Of a DNA stretch of 64,000 nucleotides, positions 1 through 9,840 are shown in pieces. The DNA lies in the NCBI GenBank assembly GCA_045106455.1, contig JBGCEL010000037.1:649-64648 (forward strand), in the 5' to 3' direction. Origin of the DNA: Gammaproteobacteria bacterium. GTDB taxonomy: Bacteria > Pseudomonadota > Gammaproteobacteria > Steroidobacterales > JBCCMA01. Each line of letters opens with the position of its first letter. Within the stretch, counting starts at the first letter, position 1. The notes under the pieces are model-generated. The model was not told where the DNA came from, did not search any database, and saw only the letters and a list, made by a program, of their open reading frames with translations. The position numbers and the translations under genes are program-made.

Positions 1-19
1 TTTGGCTGTCAGGTTGTAA

Positions 20-1282
20 TTAGTGGGTTTCGAGCAGCGAAATGATTAGGTTCGGAAGTTGCGAGTCATCCCATGTATACGAGGCTTTGCCAATCCGCAC
101 AATGACCAGGCGTTCGCTGGGTACAACATAGACGCGTTGGCCACCTGAGCCGTCAAAGTAAAAGATATCGTCGCGAGCGAAGGCATCTTTAGCCGGTACG
201 AAGACAGGGAGTTCCTTATAGTAGGTTCGTTTCGGCTGATGCGGGCTTCCCAACCAGATCTGGAACCCGTAGTTTGGGTTGACGGTGGAAGGCTGGGTCA
301 TTTTCTCGACCCAGTCGGAGGACACGATGGTCCGGCCACCGTGCGTTCCCGAGTTCAAAAGCAACACGCCGATGCGTAGCCAGTCTCGGGCGCTGGCCTG
401 CAAGCAGCACGAAGCGCGTGGCATACCGTTGGGCTGATCAAGCCACAGACGGGCCTCTGCATTGCCCAATGGTTGCCACAGTTTTTGTGCCAAAAAGTCG
501 GCATAGCGCATGCCGCTTACCTTCTCGATGACCCAGGCCAGATACTGAGTATTGGCATTGGCATAGATGAATTCTTCGTACGGCTTGAGCGGGTTCTTCC
601 AATGACCAATGGCTTGTTTGAGATCGTTGCCGAAGTACGTTTGCCAATAAACGCTGGCTGGGTCATTGCTTTGTTGTGGCGCAGCGATTCCGCTACTCAT
701 CTGTAAAAACGCACGAAGCGGCACTGCGCCGAGCGATGTGCCTGCGAGATGAGTCAGGTATGTGTCAAGGCGATCGTCTTCACTTCCTATCAGTCCTTCA
801 TCGATCGCGATCCCGATCAGAATAGCCACAACCGATTTGTGCATAGATGCGGTATCAAAGCGCGAATTCTGACTGTAATTTGCGCCGTACCGTTCATGGA
901 CCAGAGCACCTCGATGCCAGACCAGAAACGCATGGCTTTGGTGTGCATCGACTAATGCGTCGGCGGCGGCGAATTCGGTCGCAATCTTCGTTGCCAGTTT
1001 TATTTCTTTAGACTCTCCACCACGCACTATGGCTAATGGCTCGTACCAGTCTACGTCGGTGACCCACGATTCCACTGGAAATCCAGATTGTTTTCTCTTT
1101 ACCAGTTCGATTTGAGTTGCGTCCGGCCATTCATTCTCAGGGTGGGCCTTCGGCGGTTTTCCGTTGCCGCTGCTGACGTCTGGAGGGCGGGGGCCAGATT
1201 TGGCATCAAAAGCTGAGTGGCAAGCACACAATATCGAGGCGAGCATCACTGTTGCGGCGAAACGAGCGCGCGGTCCGAGCAT
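20..1282 (-). CDS. beta-lactamase-fold serine hydrolase, predicted lipoprotein
   Basis: Complete 420-aa ORF, ATG at 1280-1282. Hydrophobic signal ends in lipobox-like SILCAC. SxxK nucleophile motif S-M-H-K lies in DTASMHKSVVAILIG. Size and motif placement fit the Pfam Beta-lactamase (PF00144) esterase/amidase/PBP family. Substrate not inferable. Confidence 0.8.
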   Translation of the reverse strand: MLGPRARFAATVMLASILCACHSAFDAKSGPRPPDVSSGNGKPPKAHPENEWPDATQIELVKRKQSGFPVESWVTDVDWYEPLAIVRGGESKEIKLATKIATEFAAADALVDAHQSHAFLVWHRGALVHERYGANYSQNSRFDTASMHKSVVAILIGIAIDEGLIGSEDDRLDTYLTHLAGTSLGAVPLRAFLQMSSGIAAPQQSNDPASVYWQTYFGNDLKQAIGHWKNPLKPYEEFIYANANTQYLAWVIEKVSGMRYADFLAQKLWQPLGNAEARLWLDQPNGMPRASCCLQASARDWLRIGVLLLNSGTHGGRTIVSSDWVEKMTQPSTVNPNYGFQIWLGSPHQPKRTYYKELPVFVPAKDAFARDDIFYFDGSGGQRVYVVPSERLVIVRIGKASYTWDDSQLPNLIISLLETH

Positions 1283-1413
1283 GATCTATTACCTTTCGCA
1301 GTACTTTGCCCAGTGTTGCATGGATTGCCCAATTGGGTTTTGACAAAAGTCATTGTGCCGACTTTATGCTCTCTATAGTTTCTGAATAAGCGGTCATACA
1401 TTGTCGTCACACG

Positions 1414-2370
1414 ATGGAATATTGTTTCATGACAATTCAGATACCAGTCGTTCGAGCACTCCTGAGTTTGCGCATGCATCTGCTTTGCTGTGTGGTGGTG
1501 TTGGTTGGCGCATGCGCCCAGACGTTGCCGGTCGATGACGAGGTTACCAACGCTTCGATGGTACCGAATCAGCACAAACTGCGCCTTGCTGAACGCGAGG
1601 TCGAAGTGTGGGCTTGGGGCGAGAAAAACTCCGGCGGTGTTGTTTTATTTAGCCATGGAGCGCAGTCCGCTCCCTGGAAATATGAGCCCATGATTCAGCA
1701 ATGGATAGATCGCGGCCTTCGCGTTTACGCTCCGTTGCACGTTGACTCTACCGACCACCCGCAAACAGCCGACTATCCGGGTTTTGCTTCATGGACGGCG
1801 CGGCTCGAAGATATGGAGCTGATCGCGAATAAATTTGGTGGTGACGCCTATGTTGCAGCCGGACACAGTTATGGCGCGCTGTTGGCGCTGGTCAAAGGCG
1901 GAGTCTCGGCGACGAAGGCTGGCTTTGAGGGGGAAATGGATGACGCCCGCGTATCGTTGGTACTAGCGTTTTCGCCGCCTCCGGCAATCCCGGGTCTCGT
2001 TGATCCGGAGGCGTTCGCCGACCTGCGCGTTCCCGCACTTATCCAAACCGGGACGCGTGACATAGCAATGGCCGATACCACTCGGGGATGGCGAGTTCAC
2101 CTCGATGCGTTTGAACAGGGCCCGTCCGGCGGAGCAAGTTACGCGTTGATCATTGACGATGTGGATCACTATTTCGGCGGCGCTATTTGTCGGCCGGAGT
2201 TGCCCGGGCCGGCACAGGAGGCTGAGTTGGCGGTCGCACTTGATTTTTCGAGTTTGATGATTGATGCCTATCACTTTGATTTGGCAGATGCGGAGCTCAG
2301 CGTCAAGGCCGCGGTGAACCCATCGAATACGGTGGAAGTGCTTTCGAAAGTGACAGTGCTTGCGAAGTAG
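1414..2370 (+). CDS. alpha/beta hydrolase (dienelactone-hydrolase / PAF-acetylhydrolase-like), predicted lipoprotein
   Basis: 318-aa ORF with a hydrophobic N-terminus and lipobox-like LVGAC. GxSxG nucleophile elbow G-H-S-Y-G in AAGHSYGALLAL. Downstream acidic and His candidates (TGTRD, VDHYF). The true start may be an internal Met (M6 or M21). Confidence 0.65.
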   Translation: MEYCFMTIQIPVVRALLSLRMHLLCCVVVLVGACAQTLPVDDEVTNASMVPNQHKLRLAEREVEVWAWGEKNSGGVVLFSHGAQSAPWKYEPMIQQWIDRGLRVYAPLHVDSTDHPQTADYPGFASWTARLEDMELIANKFGGDAYVAAGHSYGALLALVKGGVSATKAGFEGEMDDARVSLVLAFSPPPAIPGLVDPEAFADLRVPALIQTGTRDIAMADTTRGWRVHLDAFEQGPSGGASYALIIDDVDHYFGGAICRPELPGPAQEAELAVALDFSSLMIDAYHFDLADAELSVKAAVNPSNTVEVLSKVTVLAK

Positions 2371-2390
2371 CACGTGAGGACGTTTGAGAC

Positions 2391-3338
2391 ATGACAAAAA
2401 AAACAGATGAATCTCGGCGAAGTGCGCTCCGCATGTTGGGCGCATTAGGGTGCGGCGGACTAGCGCTCGCCAACCAGCGATCTGCGAGTGCTGTTGTAAC
2501 GCCGAATGCAGCTGTTGCGGGAAGACAGAATGCGAGCCTCGACTTGTCAACGCCGGAAAAACGCTCTGAGACCATCGTGAAAATCATGGGTTCGACGGTC
2601 GCAGAGGCCACACATGCCTTCATGCGTTTTCATGTGTACGGTTTTACCGGCACGAACGCAGTCCCGTTTTTCTCGATGAATAATTACCTGATTCAGTATT
2701 GGGAACCGGTGAAGCACGGCACCTACGACATGCGCCACTATGAGGTTGGCTATTTCACCAAATTTGATAGCGACGAGCCCATTACACATTGGGACAATCC
2801 AATCACTGGTGAAACAGTGGAAATGGAACAGTTCGTGTTGGGGCCGGTGAGGCGCAGTTACACACCGTCTGGCATTGTGGCGCCTGGTATCGCGCCTGAA
2901 CCGCTGAGTATCAATGTCATCGGCGACCGTGTGTTCATACCGGCTCAGAGCATCGAGTCTTTTCCGTCGATGTTCCCGCCGTCGGAATGGCCTGAAATAT
3001 CCAATCAGGAAAAAGTGTACTGGGATTCGTTTTACACCTATTCGGCAAGTCTTGCTGAAGTTCTGGATGACGATACACCTGGACCCCGTGCCGAAATCCA
3101 CATGCAAAACCTGACCAGCTGGCAGCCCTTTTTAAGACTCGGCCGTACACCGGGTCGGCTGATGGTGCGAGCGTTCGGTACACACGTGCCAGGCTTCGAG
3201 GTGTTAAGCCCAGACGTCAGGAAAGGATTCGAGCAATATACCCCTCAGATTTTCGACACCGAATCGTGGACGACAACACTGTTCGACAACGTTGAGTACT
3301 TCAAAAAAATGACCATGCATCGCGATTCTGAAAAATGA
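2391..3338 (+). CDS. Tat-signal protein of unknown function
   Basis: 315-aa ORF, ATG at 2391 preceded by GAGGA. Twin-arginine signal SRRSALRMLGALGCGGLALA. No catalytic motif recognised. ATGA overlap (3335-3338) with the next gene. Weak resemblance to the 46716-47546 product; a DUF1838-type assignment is from memory and unverified. Confidence 0.6.
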   Translation: MTKKTDESRRSALRMLGALGCGGLALANQRSASAVVTPNAAVAGRQNASLDLSTPEKRSETIVKIMGSTVAEATHAFMRFHVYGFTGTNAVPFFSMNNYLIQYWEPVKHGTYDMRHYEVGYFTKFDSDEPITHWDNPITGETVEMEQFVLGPVRRSYTPSGIVAPGIAPEPLSINVIGDRVFIPAQSIESFPSMFPPSEWPEISNQEKVYWDSFYTYSASLAEVLDDDTPGPRAEIHMQNLTSWQPFLRLGRTPGRLMVRAFGTHVPGFEVLSPDVRKGFEQYTPQIFDTESWTTTLFDNVEYFKKMTMHRDSEK

Positions 3339-4567
3339 TGTCAGTCGCCCGCCACCATTGGATTGCACTGGGTCTACCACTCGTATGCTCGGTGGCCGGT
3401 TGCGTTAGCACCGCGTCTCACAATAATCAGCAAGCCGGGTTGAACGCCGAAGCAGCCTATCAAGCCCGCTTTGAGACGGTCATGGCCAGTGGCGGTTTCT
3501 TCGCGACCTACCAACCGCGCGAAGAGATTCCCGGCGCGTCGAACACAGATCCTCTTCCATCCGCGGGTCCGGATGAGCGCTCTATTTCCGACGAAGCGTT
3601 GCATGAAGCAGCGACCTACGCTGAACGCAACAATTCCGACGCATTTATGGTGTGGCACGACGGCAAGCTTCAGGCGGAGCACTATTTTGGTGATACCCGC
3701 GCATCGACTCCGCTAATATCAAAATCACTCTCCAAACCGCTTACAGCCATCGCGGTTGGTCGAGCCATAGAACTCGGTCACATTCAATCTTTGGACCAGC
3801 CGGTCGCAGACTTTATCCTCGAGTGGCGAGATGATGACCGCCGAACTGTGTTGGTGAGACATCTGTTGGACATGCGATCTGGGTTTTTGCGCCAGGGCTA
3901 TAGCCGAGACCCCGATCATCCATGGAATCGGGCCTATTTGGCGTTAGAACTGGAAGACTATTTGGTCAATAGCTACCCGTTAGAGAGTACGCCGGGTAAG
4001 GACTATCTGTATAACAACGCCACCGCAGACATGGTGGCGGTGTTGATCGAACGTTCCACGGGGCAACGTTACGGCGAATTCATCGGGCGTGAGATTTTAT
4101 CTCAAATCGCTGCTCCCGGCGGGGAAGGGTGGGTCAGCAAACCCGGAGGCTTGATGCACTCAGGCTGCTGCAAGTTCCTGCCAGCTGAAAGCTGGCTGCG
4201 CATGGCCAGACTGCTGTTGGATGATGGCGTGTTTCGAGGTAAGCGTTTGCTACCGCACGGGTATGTGCACGAAATGACGACGCCATCCGCAGCCAATCCG
4301 CACTACGGTTTGGGCGTGTGGGTTGGCGGCGAATACGTAAAGCGGCGTGGCTATACCGGCAGACTAAAGCTCGGGCCACAAGTGTTACACAGTGAGCCCT
4401 ACTCGGACTCAACACTCTATTTGTTCGACGGCAATTCGAATCAGGTCGTTTATGTTTTGCCGCAATATAATCTGATCATACTGCGCCTGGGCCGTAGCCC
4501 ACCGAAAGAGCCTGAGTGGGATAACGCGAAGCTCCCGAATATGATTGTGCGTGGACTGAAACAATGA
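3335..4567 (+). CDS. beta-lactamase-fold serine hydrolase, predicted lipoprotein
   Basis: 410-aa ORF with lipobox-like SVAGC. SxxK motif S-L-S-K in LISKSLSKPLTAIAVG. Translationally coupled to the upstream gene. Confidence 0.8.
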   Translation: MMSVARHHWIALGLPLVCSVAGCVSTASHNNQQAGLNAEAAYQARFETVMASGGFFATYQPREEIPGASNTDPLPSAGPDERSISDEALHEAATYAERNNSDAFMVWHDGKLQAEHYFGDTRASTPLISKSLSKPLTAIAVGRAIELGHIQSLDQPVADFILEWRDDDRRTVLVRHLLDMRSGFLRQGYSRDPDHPWNRAYLALELEDYLVNSYPLESTPGKDYLYNNATADMVAVLIERSTGQRYGEFIGREILSQIAAPGGEGWVSKPGGLMHSGCCKFLPAESWLRMARLLLDDGVFRGKRLLPHGYVHEMTTPSAANPHYGLGVWVGGEYVKRRGYTGRLKLGPQVLHSEPYSDSTLYLFDGNSNQVVYVLPQYNLIILRLGRSPPKEPEWDNAKLPNMIVRGLKQ

Positions 4568-4596
4568 ACGTCCCGGGCGAACGACAGCGCTACCGG

Positions 4597-5646
4597 CTAG
4601 GGCTTAAAAGAGACCCGGAGATGCCCGCAGCTATTGTTGTCGTAGGCGTTGGCAACTTCTTCAAAAAACAACTGACCGGCTGCCGCGGTCTCGCGCGGAA
4701 GCTCAACATTTATGTAATGCCCGCCCTTGGGAAATGTAACCAAACGGGTGAAGCACGCGTTGCTCAATGCGTTCTTGAATGCCAAAGCGGTGGTCGTATC
4801 CAGCGCTTTGTTACCGCCACCCCAGATCACCAGAGATGGGGCTCTTACGTGTGAAAGTACTTGCGTTGGATTGCCGCGTTCGTAGAGCCTCAGAGACTTC
4901 TGGGCTTGCATGTCGCGCCCGACTACATTCAGGAAATCCAGCTTACGCTGCACAAATTCCCGGTCTCGGCGCACGGGGTCATTGATGTATGCACGATAGA
5001 ACTCATTTACATCTTCCTCAAAAACATTGGCGTCAACGAAAATGTTCTTCGCTTTGGGCGTATTTACGGACGGTGTTTTTTTTGCTTTGGCGGGTCGCTT
5101 GCCTGTCTGGATGCCGGCCGAATTCATCAAAACGAGTGCTGACACTCGATCGACTCGGGTTGCGGCGTAGCGAAACGCCACAATGCCACCATAAGAAATA
5201 CCGACAATCGCAAACGAGGGCTCATCCAAATGATCCATCAGTGCGTCGATGGTTGCGAGTGTCCGATCAATCGAATAGTTGTCGTTCGGAATGCCACTCG
5301 AAAGACCAAAACCGGGCAGGTCAAGACGAACGACGCGATAGTGATCGTCGAGGATTGCCGCCCACTCGTCCCAGTCGCGTACATCACCGAGCGTACCGTG
5401 AATCAGGAGTAACGTCGGTCCGTTTCCGCTTGCCTGATAGTGTAATTCGGTGCCCTCCAGATCAACAAATTGAGACGCTGCGGAACTATATGCTTCGCGG
5501 ATCTCGGGCAGTGAAATGGTGCGTGTTGTGGTTAAAGAAGATGTCGGGGCAAGATTTGGCTGGGTCTCGGACGAGCTTCTACACGCTCCTACGGAACCAA
5601 CAATCAGTAAACAGAGTAAGTAACTTGGTAGGTGACTTTCTTTCAT
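4597..5646 (-). CDS. alpha/beta hydrolase, predicted lipoprotein
   Basis: The track ORF runs to 5778, but the internal ATG (cat at 5644-5646) gives MKESHLPSYLLCLLIVGSVGAC, a signal plus lipobox. HG oxyanion motif LLLIHGTLG. Nucleophile elbow G-I-S-Y-G-G. C-terminal KGGH. Confidence 0.75.
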   Translation of the reverse strand: MKESHLPSYLLCLLIVGSVGACRSSSETQPNLAPTSSLTTTRTISLPEIREAYSSAASQFVDLEGTELHYQASGNGPTLLLIHGTLGDVRDWDEWAAILDDHYRVVRLDLPGFGLSSGIPNDNYSIDRTLATIDALMDHLDEPSFAIVGISYGGIVAFRYAATRVDRVSALVLMNSAGIQTGKRPAKAKKTPSVNTPKAKNIFVDANVFEEDVNEFYRAYINDPVRRDREFVQRKLDFLNVVGRDMQAQKSLRLYERGNPTQVLSHVRAPSLVIWGGGNKALDTTTALAFKNALSNACFTRLVTFPKGGHYINVELPRETAAAGQLFFEEVANAYDNNSCGHLRVSFKP

Positions 5647-5871
5647 GTGAAGAGGTTTCCTGCTTTCATTTTCCGACGCAACAGATGTTCGATTGAATGT
5701 CGATAAATATATACGTTTTCTGCGCACAACGCGTGGTTGGGAACAAAGAAAAATGAAAACGGTTTTCCGGCACTGCATTGGGATTCAGAATTCGAAAGAA
5801 CGCCAGAGACTCGCCTGGATCAGAAGCGCAATCTGTTTGGAAAAAATGGTGGTAACTATGGGAAAGCTGCA

Positions 5872-8217
5872 ATGAAAAAAAATGAAATTATTATGAAACG
5901 ATATCCGCTGGTACTTTTCTGTTGTACCGCAATCAGCATTGGCTGGACTGCAGGCGTGCTGGCACAAGAGTCGGCGTCTGAAGAGACATCGATAGAGGAA
6001 GTGATCGTCACCGCGCGTTTGGTTGAGGAAAGCCTCCAGGACGTGCCAATGTCGATCGCTGCGTTTGATGAGACGATGATCGATGAGCGTGGTTTGGAAG
6101 ATCTTACTGAGATTGCGCGTTCAACACCGGGTTTTGCTTTTGAGAATTTCAACGGCGCGTTTGCCACGCCGGTAATTCGGGGCCAATCGCAGAATCGACT
6201 GACCAATCCAGTGCAGAACGTCGCTACGTTCTATAACGGCATCTACCTGCAGCGTGGCTATATGGTCGATTCGAGTCTATTGAACGTGGGCCAGATAGAG
6301 GTGCTGCGCGGTCCGCAGGCAGCGGCATTTGGGCGCAACGCCTATGCTGGCGCGATCAATTTTCGGACCAAGACGGTTGGTGATCAGTTTGGGGGTGATG
6401 CGATCGTCGAGTTTGGTGAGGACGATTATCAGCGTATCGATTTGACTACTCAGATTCCTTTTGGTGAGCGCGGCGGCATGTCGCTTGGTTACAGCACTTC
6501 CGAATACGATGGTGCTTGGGAAAATAACCACGCATTGGCGAATGTCTCGGATCCGTTGGCGCGGACGACCGGCAACCTGGGCGGTTTCGATTCGGACGCG
6601 TTTCAAATTGGCTTCGATTTGAACATTACGGACGATCTGGCCGTGAAACTGAACCTGCTGGATACAGAGCGAGACGTCGAGAACGTTGCGCAGTACACGA
6701 TAAGTGGGTCGGGCTTGTTTGATGCCAATCCTCTCAATTGTTCTGGTGTTGGCGTATTTGGTGCGAATACACTCTTTTGCGGTGAGTTGCCGGTTGATCC
6801 CATACTGGTCGACGGCAACCCGCGCAAGCCAGGTCTTGTGGTTGATCCTCGTACCGGCGTAACCCTCGAATCTCAAGTTCTTAGTTTCGACGTGAACTAT
6901 GATATTTCGGAGTCAATGGGAATCAACTTTCTCTACGGCAAGATTGAAGGCGCCTTCGAGGGAGCGGGTTCGTCAGTTTACGATCAGGAAGTTGGCTACA
7001 CGGGGCCGTTTGCCACTGCCCCGATTTTCCTCGACCGTTTGTTGATCGATACCTCCGGCAACGGCAATATCGAATCGGACTCATATGAAATGCGTTTCAC
7101 GTGGAAAGGGGAAAATACTACGGCGTATTTGGGTGGCTACTATTCTGACGGTGATGATGCGACAGATTTTTCATTGCTAAGCGTGCCCGCACAAACGACC
7201 GGTCCGTTGGATCCTGGTTTCGAATTGAACTTCCCGGGTTTTGCAGCGAACTCTCTGGATTCGAGAAATATTAAATCCTTGTTCGGTTTCTGGGATTACC
7301 GTACCGGTAAGTGGGCTTACTCGGTTGAAGGCCGTCTGACGCGCGAGAGCATTATCGAGACAAACTTCGTTTCGGCCACCAGTGCCAAAGAGGAGTTCGA
7401 CTATTTCACCCCCCGTCTGGCGGCTACTTACTTCGTGTCAGACAATCGCAGCTACTACGGCTCGATTGCCGGGGGCGTAAAAGCAGGCGGTTTCAACGTT
7501 GGCGGTTCTGATCCATCGAGTTTCGATGATCCGGATCAGGCGAACTTTGATGAAGAAACCAACACGACGTTTGAATTTGGGAGCCGAAATATCCTGATGG
7601 ACGGTGCGCTGACACTGAATGCCACTTTCTATTACATTCAGGCGAAAGATCTGCAAGTCAGCGTACCTCGGTTAGGGCAAAACGGGACTGTCGTGGCCAA
7701 CCGGGCCGAGGCAGATACCGCTGGCTTGGAGGTTGAGCTGTCTTACGATGTCTCTGATTCCCTGCAACTGTACGGTGGACTGAGCTTTAACAATGCAGAG
7801 TATGGCGACGTAATCGACGTGTCGAATGCCGCCCGCTGTGACGATATCGTCTGTTCGTCAAGCGGGGACGTGTCCGGCAATGACATCGAGCGCGCACCCA
7901 AATTCATGTTGAACGCTGGCTTGAGCTATAACGGTTCCATTAATCCGACTATGGATTATTATCTGCGCGGCAACATCGGCTACCAGTCCAGTCAATACGT
8001 ATCGGCCATTAATGTGACCGAAATTGAGGCGCGCGCCATTACTGACGTATCTGCGGGTCTGTTTTGGAACAACTTCGAAGCCCGTTTGGCGGTCGATAAT
8101 CTGTTCGATGAAGAATATGTTTCGAGTGCGTTCCAGATTGGTTTTCTGAACGCATATACGCCCAACCTCGGCAATCGCCGCCGCGCCACCATGCGCCTCA
8201 GCTACAGTTTCGAATAG
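5872..8217 (+). CDS. TonB-dependent outer-membrane receptor
   Basis: ATG at 5872 gives signal peptide MKKNEIIMKRYPLVLFCCTAISIGWTAGVLAQE. TonB-box-like EEVIVTA. Plug-domain motif IEVLRGPQAAAFGRNAYAGAINF. Long Gly/Tyr/Asp-rich barrel region ending RLSYSFE. The upstream TTG-start extension (5737) is judged spurious. Confidence 0.9.
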   Translation: MKKNEIIMKRYPLVLFCCTAISIGWTAGVLAQESASEETSIEEVIVTARLVEESLQDVPMSIAAFDETMIDERGLEDLTEIARSTPGFAFENFNGAFATPVIRGQSQNRLTNPVQNVATFYNGIYLQRGYMVDSSLLNVGQIEVLRGPQAAAFGRNAYAGAINFRTKTVGDQFGGDAIVEFGEDDYQRIDLTTQIPFGERGGMSLGYSTSEYDGAWENNHALANVSDPLARTTGNLGGFDSDAFQIGFDLNITDDLAVKLNLLDTERDVENVAQYTISGSGLFDANPLNCSGVGVFGANTLFCGELPVDPILVDGNPRKPGLVVDPRTGVTLESQVLSFDVNYDISESMGINFLYGKIEGAFEGAGSSVYDQEVGYTGPFATAPIFLDRLLIDTSGNGNIESDSYEMRFTWKGENTTAYLGGYYSDGDDATDFSLLSVPAQTTGPLDPGFELNFPGFAANSLDSRNIKSLFGFWDYRTGKWAYSVEGRLTRESIIETNFVSATSAKEEFDYFTPRLAATYFVSDNRSYYGSIAGGVKAGGFNVGGSDPSSFDDPDQANFDEETNTTFEFGSRNILMDGALTLNATFYYIQAKDLQVSVPRLGQNGTVVANRAEADTAGLEVELSYDVSDSLQLYGGLSFNNAEYGDVIDVSNAARCDDIVCSSSGDVSGNDIERAPKFMLNAGLSYNGSINPTMDYYLRGNIGYQSSQYVSAINVTEIEARAITDVSAGLFWNNFEARLAVDNLFDEEYVSSAFQIGFLNAYTPNLGNRRRATMRLSYSFE

Positions 8218-8281
8218 GAATTAGGCTATCTCTGGATAGAGATTTCTGTCACGCAGGAACGTCTATCGCGGCACACGTGAT

Positions 8282-9787
8282 ATGAAGCTATCCAGAAGAC
8301 AGTTTAATGGGGGCTTGGCCGCTGCATCCGCAGCGGCCTTCTCAAGCATTGCCGGCTGTGCGGCCGAACAGCGATCTGATGTTGTGGTTGTAGGGGGTGG
8401 CATTGCGGGGCTCAATGCGGCATTGCTGCTGCGCGATTTAGGATTGACCGTCGTCGTACTGGAAGCGGGTACCGAGGTCGGCGGCCGGATCAAGACCGTC
8501 CAAACGAGCGCCGGGGCGATCGACGTCGGTGCGAGTCAGATCGGATTGGGCTATGCACGAGTAAGACAAGCTTGCCGCAAAGAGCAGCTAAAGCTGGTGC
8601 CCGAGAATCGCGATTTACTTCCGTTTGGTATGCACTTTCAGTCGAATTGGATAGAGCCGTCATCGTGGGCCGACAATCCACTCAATGCATGCGTTGGCGA
8701 AGAGCGCACAATCCCTCCTATGATGATGGCCAGAGCGCTGGTCCGTAAATACAACCCGCTAAACGATTTGGATGATTGGTTGAGTCCGAGCATGGCCAAA
8801 TGGGACATTAGTCTCAGAGAGCTGTTAGTACGCGAGGGTCATAGTCCCCAGGCTATTGAGTTGGCCGAGTGGACTGTGCCAGGCATAAGCCTTGACGAGA
8901 CGTCGATTCTACGAATGTTTCAGGAACAGACGCGTGGCGACTACGAGAGGGGTTTCGCGCAAGTGTATGGTGCGCATTCCGAACCATCATCATCTGCCAA
9001 CCCTCTTGGCGAGGAAAACGTGCGTTCCAGCGACGGTAGTCTCGCGACGATCTACAATATCGAAGGCGGTTGCCAGCAGTTGCCCCTTGCGCTAGCCAGG
9101 CGGTTAGGTGGGGCCGTGATACTGAATAAACGCGTTGTCGGCATCGAGATGACAGCACGGTCGGCAACCACAACATGCGCTGACGGTACTCGCTATACCG
9201 GGCGCTATCTTGTCTCTGCACTGCCATTTAGCGTGCTTCGACAGGTGAACATTAACGCTTCCCGCGATAGCCGTATGCGTGCATCAATCCAGAACATGCC
9301 GTACGCCAATACGATGAGATTGTATGTCGAAGTGGAGCGACCATTTTGGGAACAAGACGGTCTCCCGGCGTCATTCGCGACGGACAAGCGAATGGGCATG
9401 TTTTGGGCGATTGACAATCACGGTCTTGAGCAACCACAGCGGGCGATGTTTGTGCTGGTTGGTAAGGCAGGACAGCAGATATCCGCCATGCGGGATCCGG
9501 CAGAGTTCCTGATTGCTGAGCTGGAGAAATTGCGCCCGGCGTCGAGAGGGTTGATCAAGCCGTTGTTCTACAAGGACTGGGCCAAAGACCCCCTGCAGAT
9601 GGGGTGTGGCTTTAGCGTCGCGCCCGGTCAAATGAGCGACTATGTTCAGGACTTGGCACAACCCTGGCAGGTGATGCATTTTGCGGGTGAGCATACGCGG
9701 CGGCTGGATTTTGGCATGGAGTCCGCATTGGAAAGCAGCGAACGAGTCGCTCTTGAGATTATGCGACGTGAGAGCGCGGCAGGCTGA
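8282..9787 (+). CDS. FAD-dependent amine oxidase (flavin monoamine / L-amino-acid oxidase family), Tat signal
   Basis: 501-aa ORF. Twin-arginine signal MKLSRRQFNGGLAAASAAAFSSIAGC, which also contains a lipobox-like motif. Dinucleotide-binding motif VVVVGGGIAGLNAALLLRDLGLTVVVLEAGTEVGGR. C-terminal FAGEHT typical of the amino_oxidase family. Confidence 0.85.
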   Translation: MKLSRRQFNGGLAAASAAAFSSIAGCAAEQRSDVVVVGGGIAGLNAALLLRDLGLTVVVLEAGTEVGGRIKTVQTSAGAIDVGASQIGLGYARVRQACRKEQLKLVPENRDLLPFGMHFQSNWIEPSSWADNPLNACVGEERTIPPMMMARALVRKYNPLNDLDDWLSPSMAKWDISLRELLVREGHSPQAIELAEWTVPGISLDETSILRMFQEQTRGDYERGFAQVYGAHSEPSSSANPLGEENVRSSDGSLATIYNIEGGCQQLPLALARRLGGAVILNKRVVGIEMTARSATTTCADGTRYTGRYLVSALPFSVLRQVNINASRDSRMRASIQNMPYANTMRLYVEVERPFWEQDGLPASFATDKRMGMFWAIDNHGLEQPQRAMFVLVGKAGQQISAMRDPAEFLIAELEKLRPASRGLIKPLFYKDWAKDPLQMGCGFSVAPGQMSDYVQDLAQPWQVMHFAGEHTRRLDFGMESALESSERVALEIMRRESAAG

Positions 9788-9840
9788 TTTGCAGTAGCAA
9801 GGTTTTGTTCTAACTAGTACAAAGAGAGCAGCCATGGTCA

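Noticed and set aside
20-4567. Beta-lactamase-fold genes (also at 50048-53319) as antibiotic-resistance determinants
   Set aside because: The SxxK fold is shared by many esterases, amidases and D-peptidases. The lipoprotein signals, the genomic context (hydrolase battery, TonB receptor) and the lack of class A, C or D signature blocks that I can verify argue against calling resistance genes.
5737-5871. Upstream extension of the TonB-dependent receptor ORF (TTG start at 5737)
   Set aside because: The extension (MGTKKNENGFPALHWDSEFERTPETR..) precedes a perfectly good ATG plus signal peptide at 5872 and would bury the signal peptide.
8218-8281. Small hairpin (ctatc-tctg-gatag) after the receptor gene as a terminator
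   Set aside because: The stem is only 5 bp with no clear T-run, and the next gene starts 64 nt downstream, so read-through is equally plausible.
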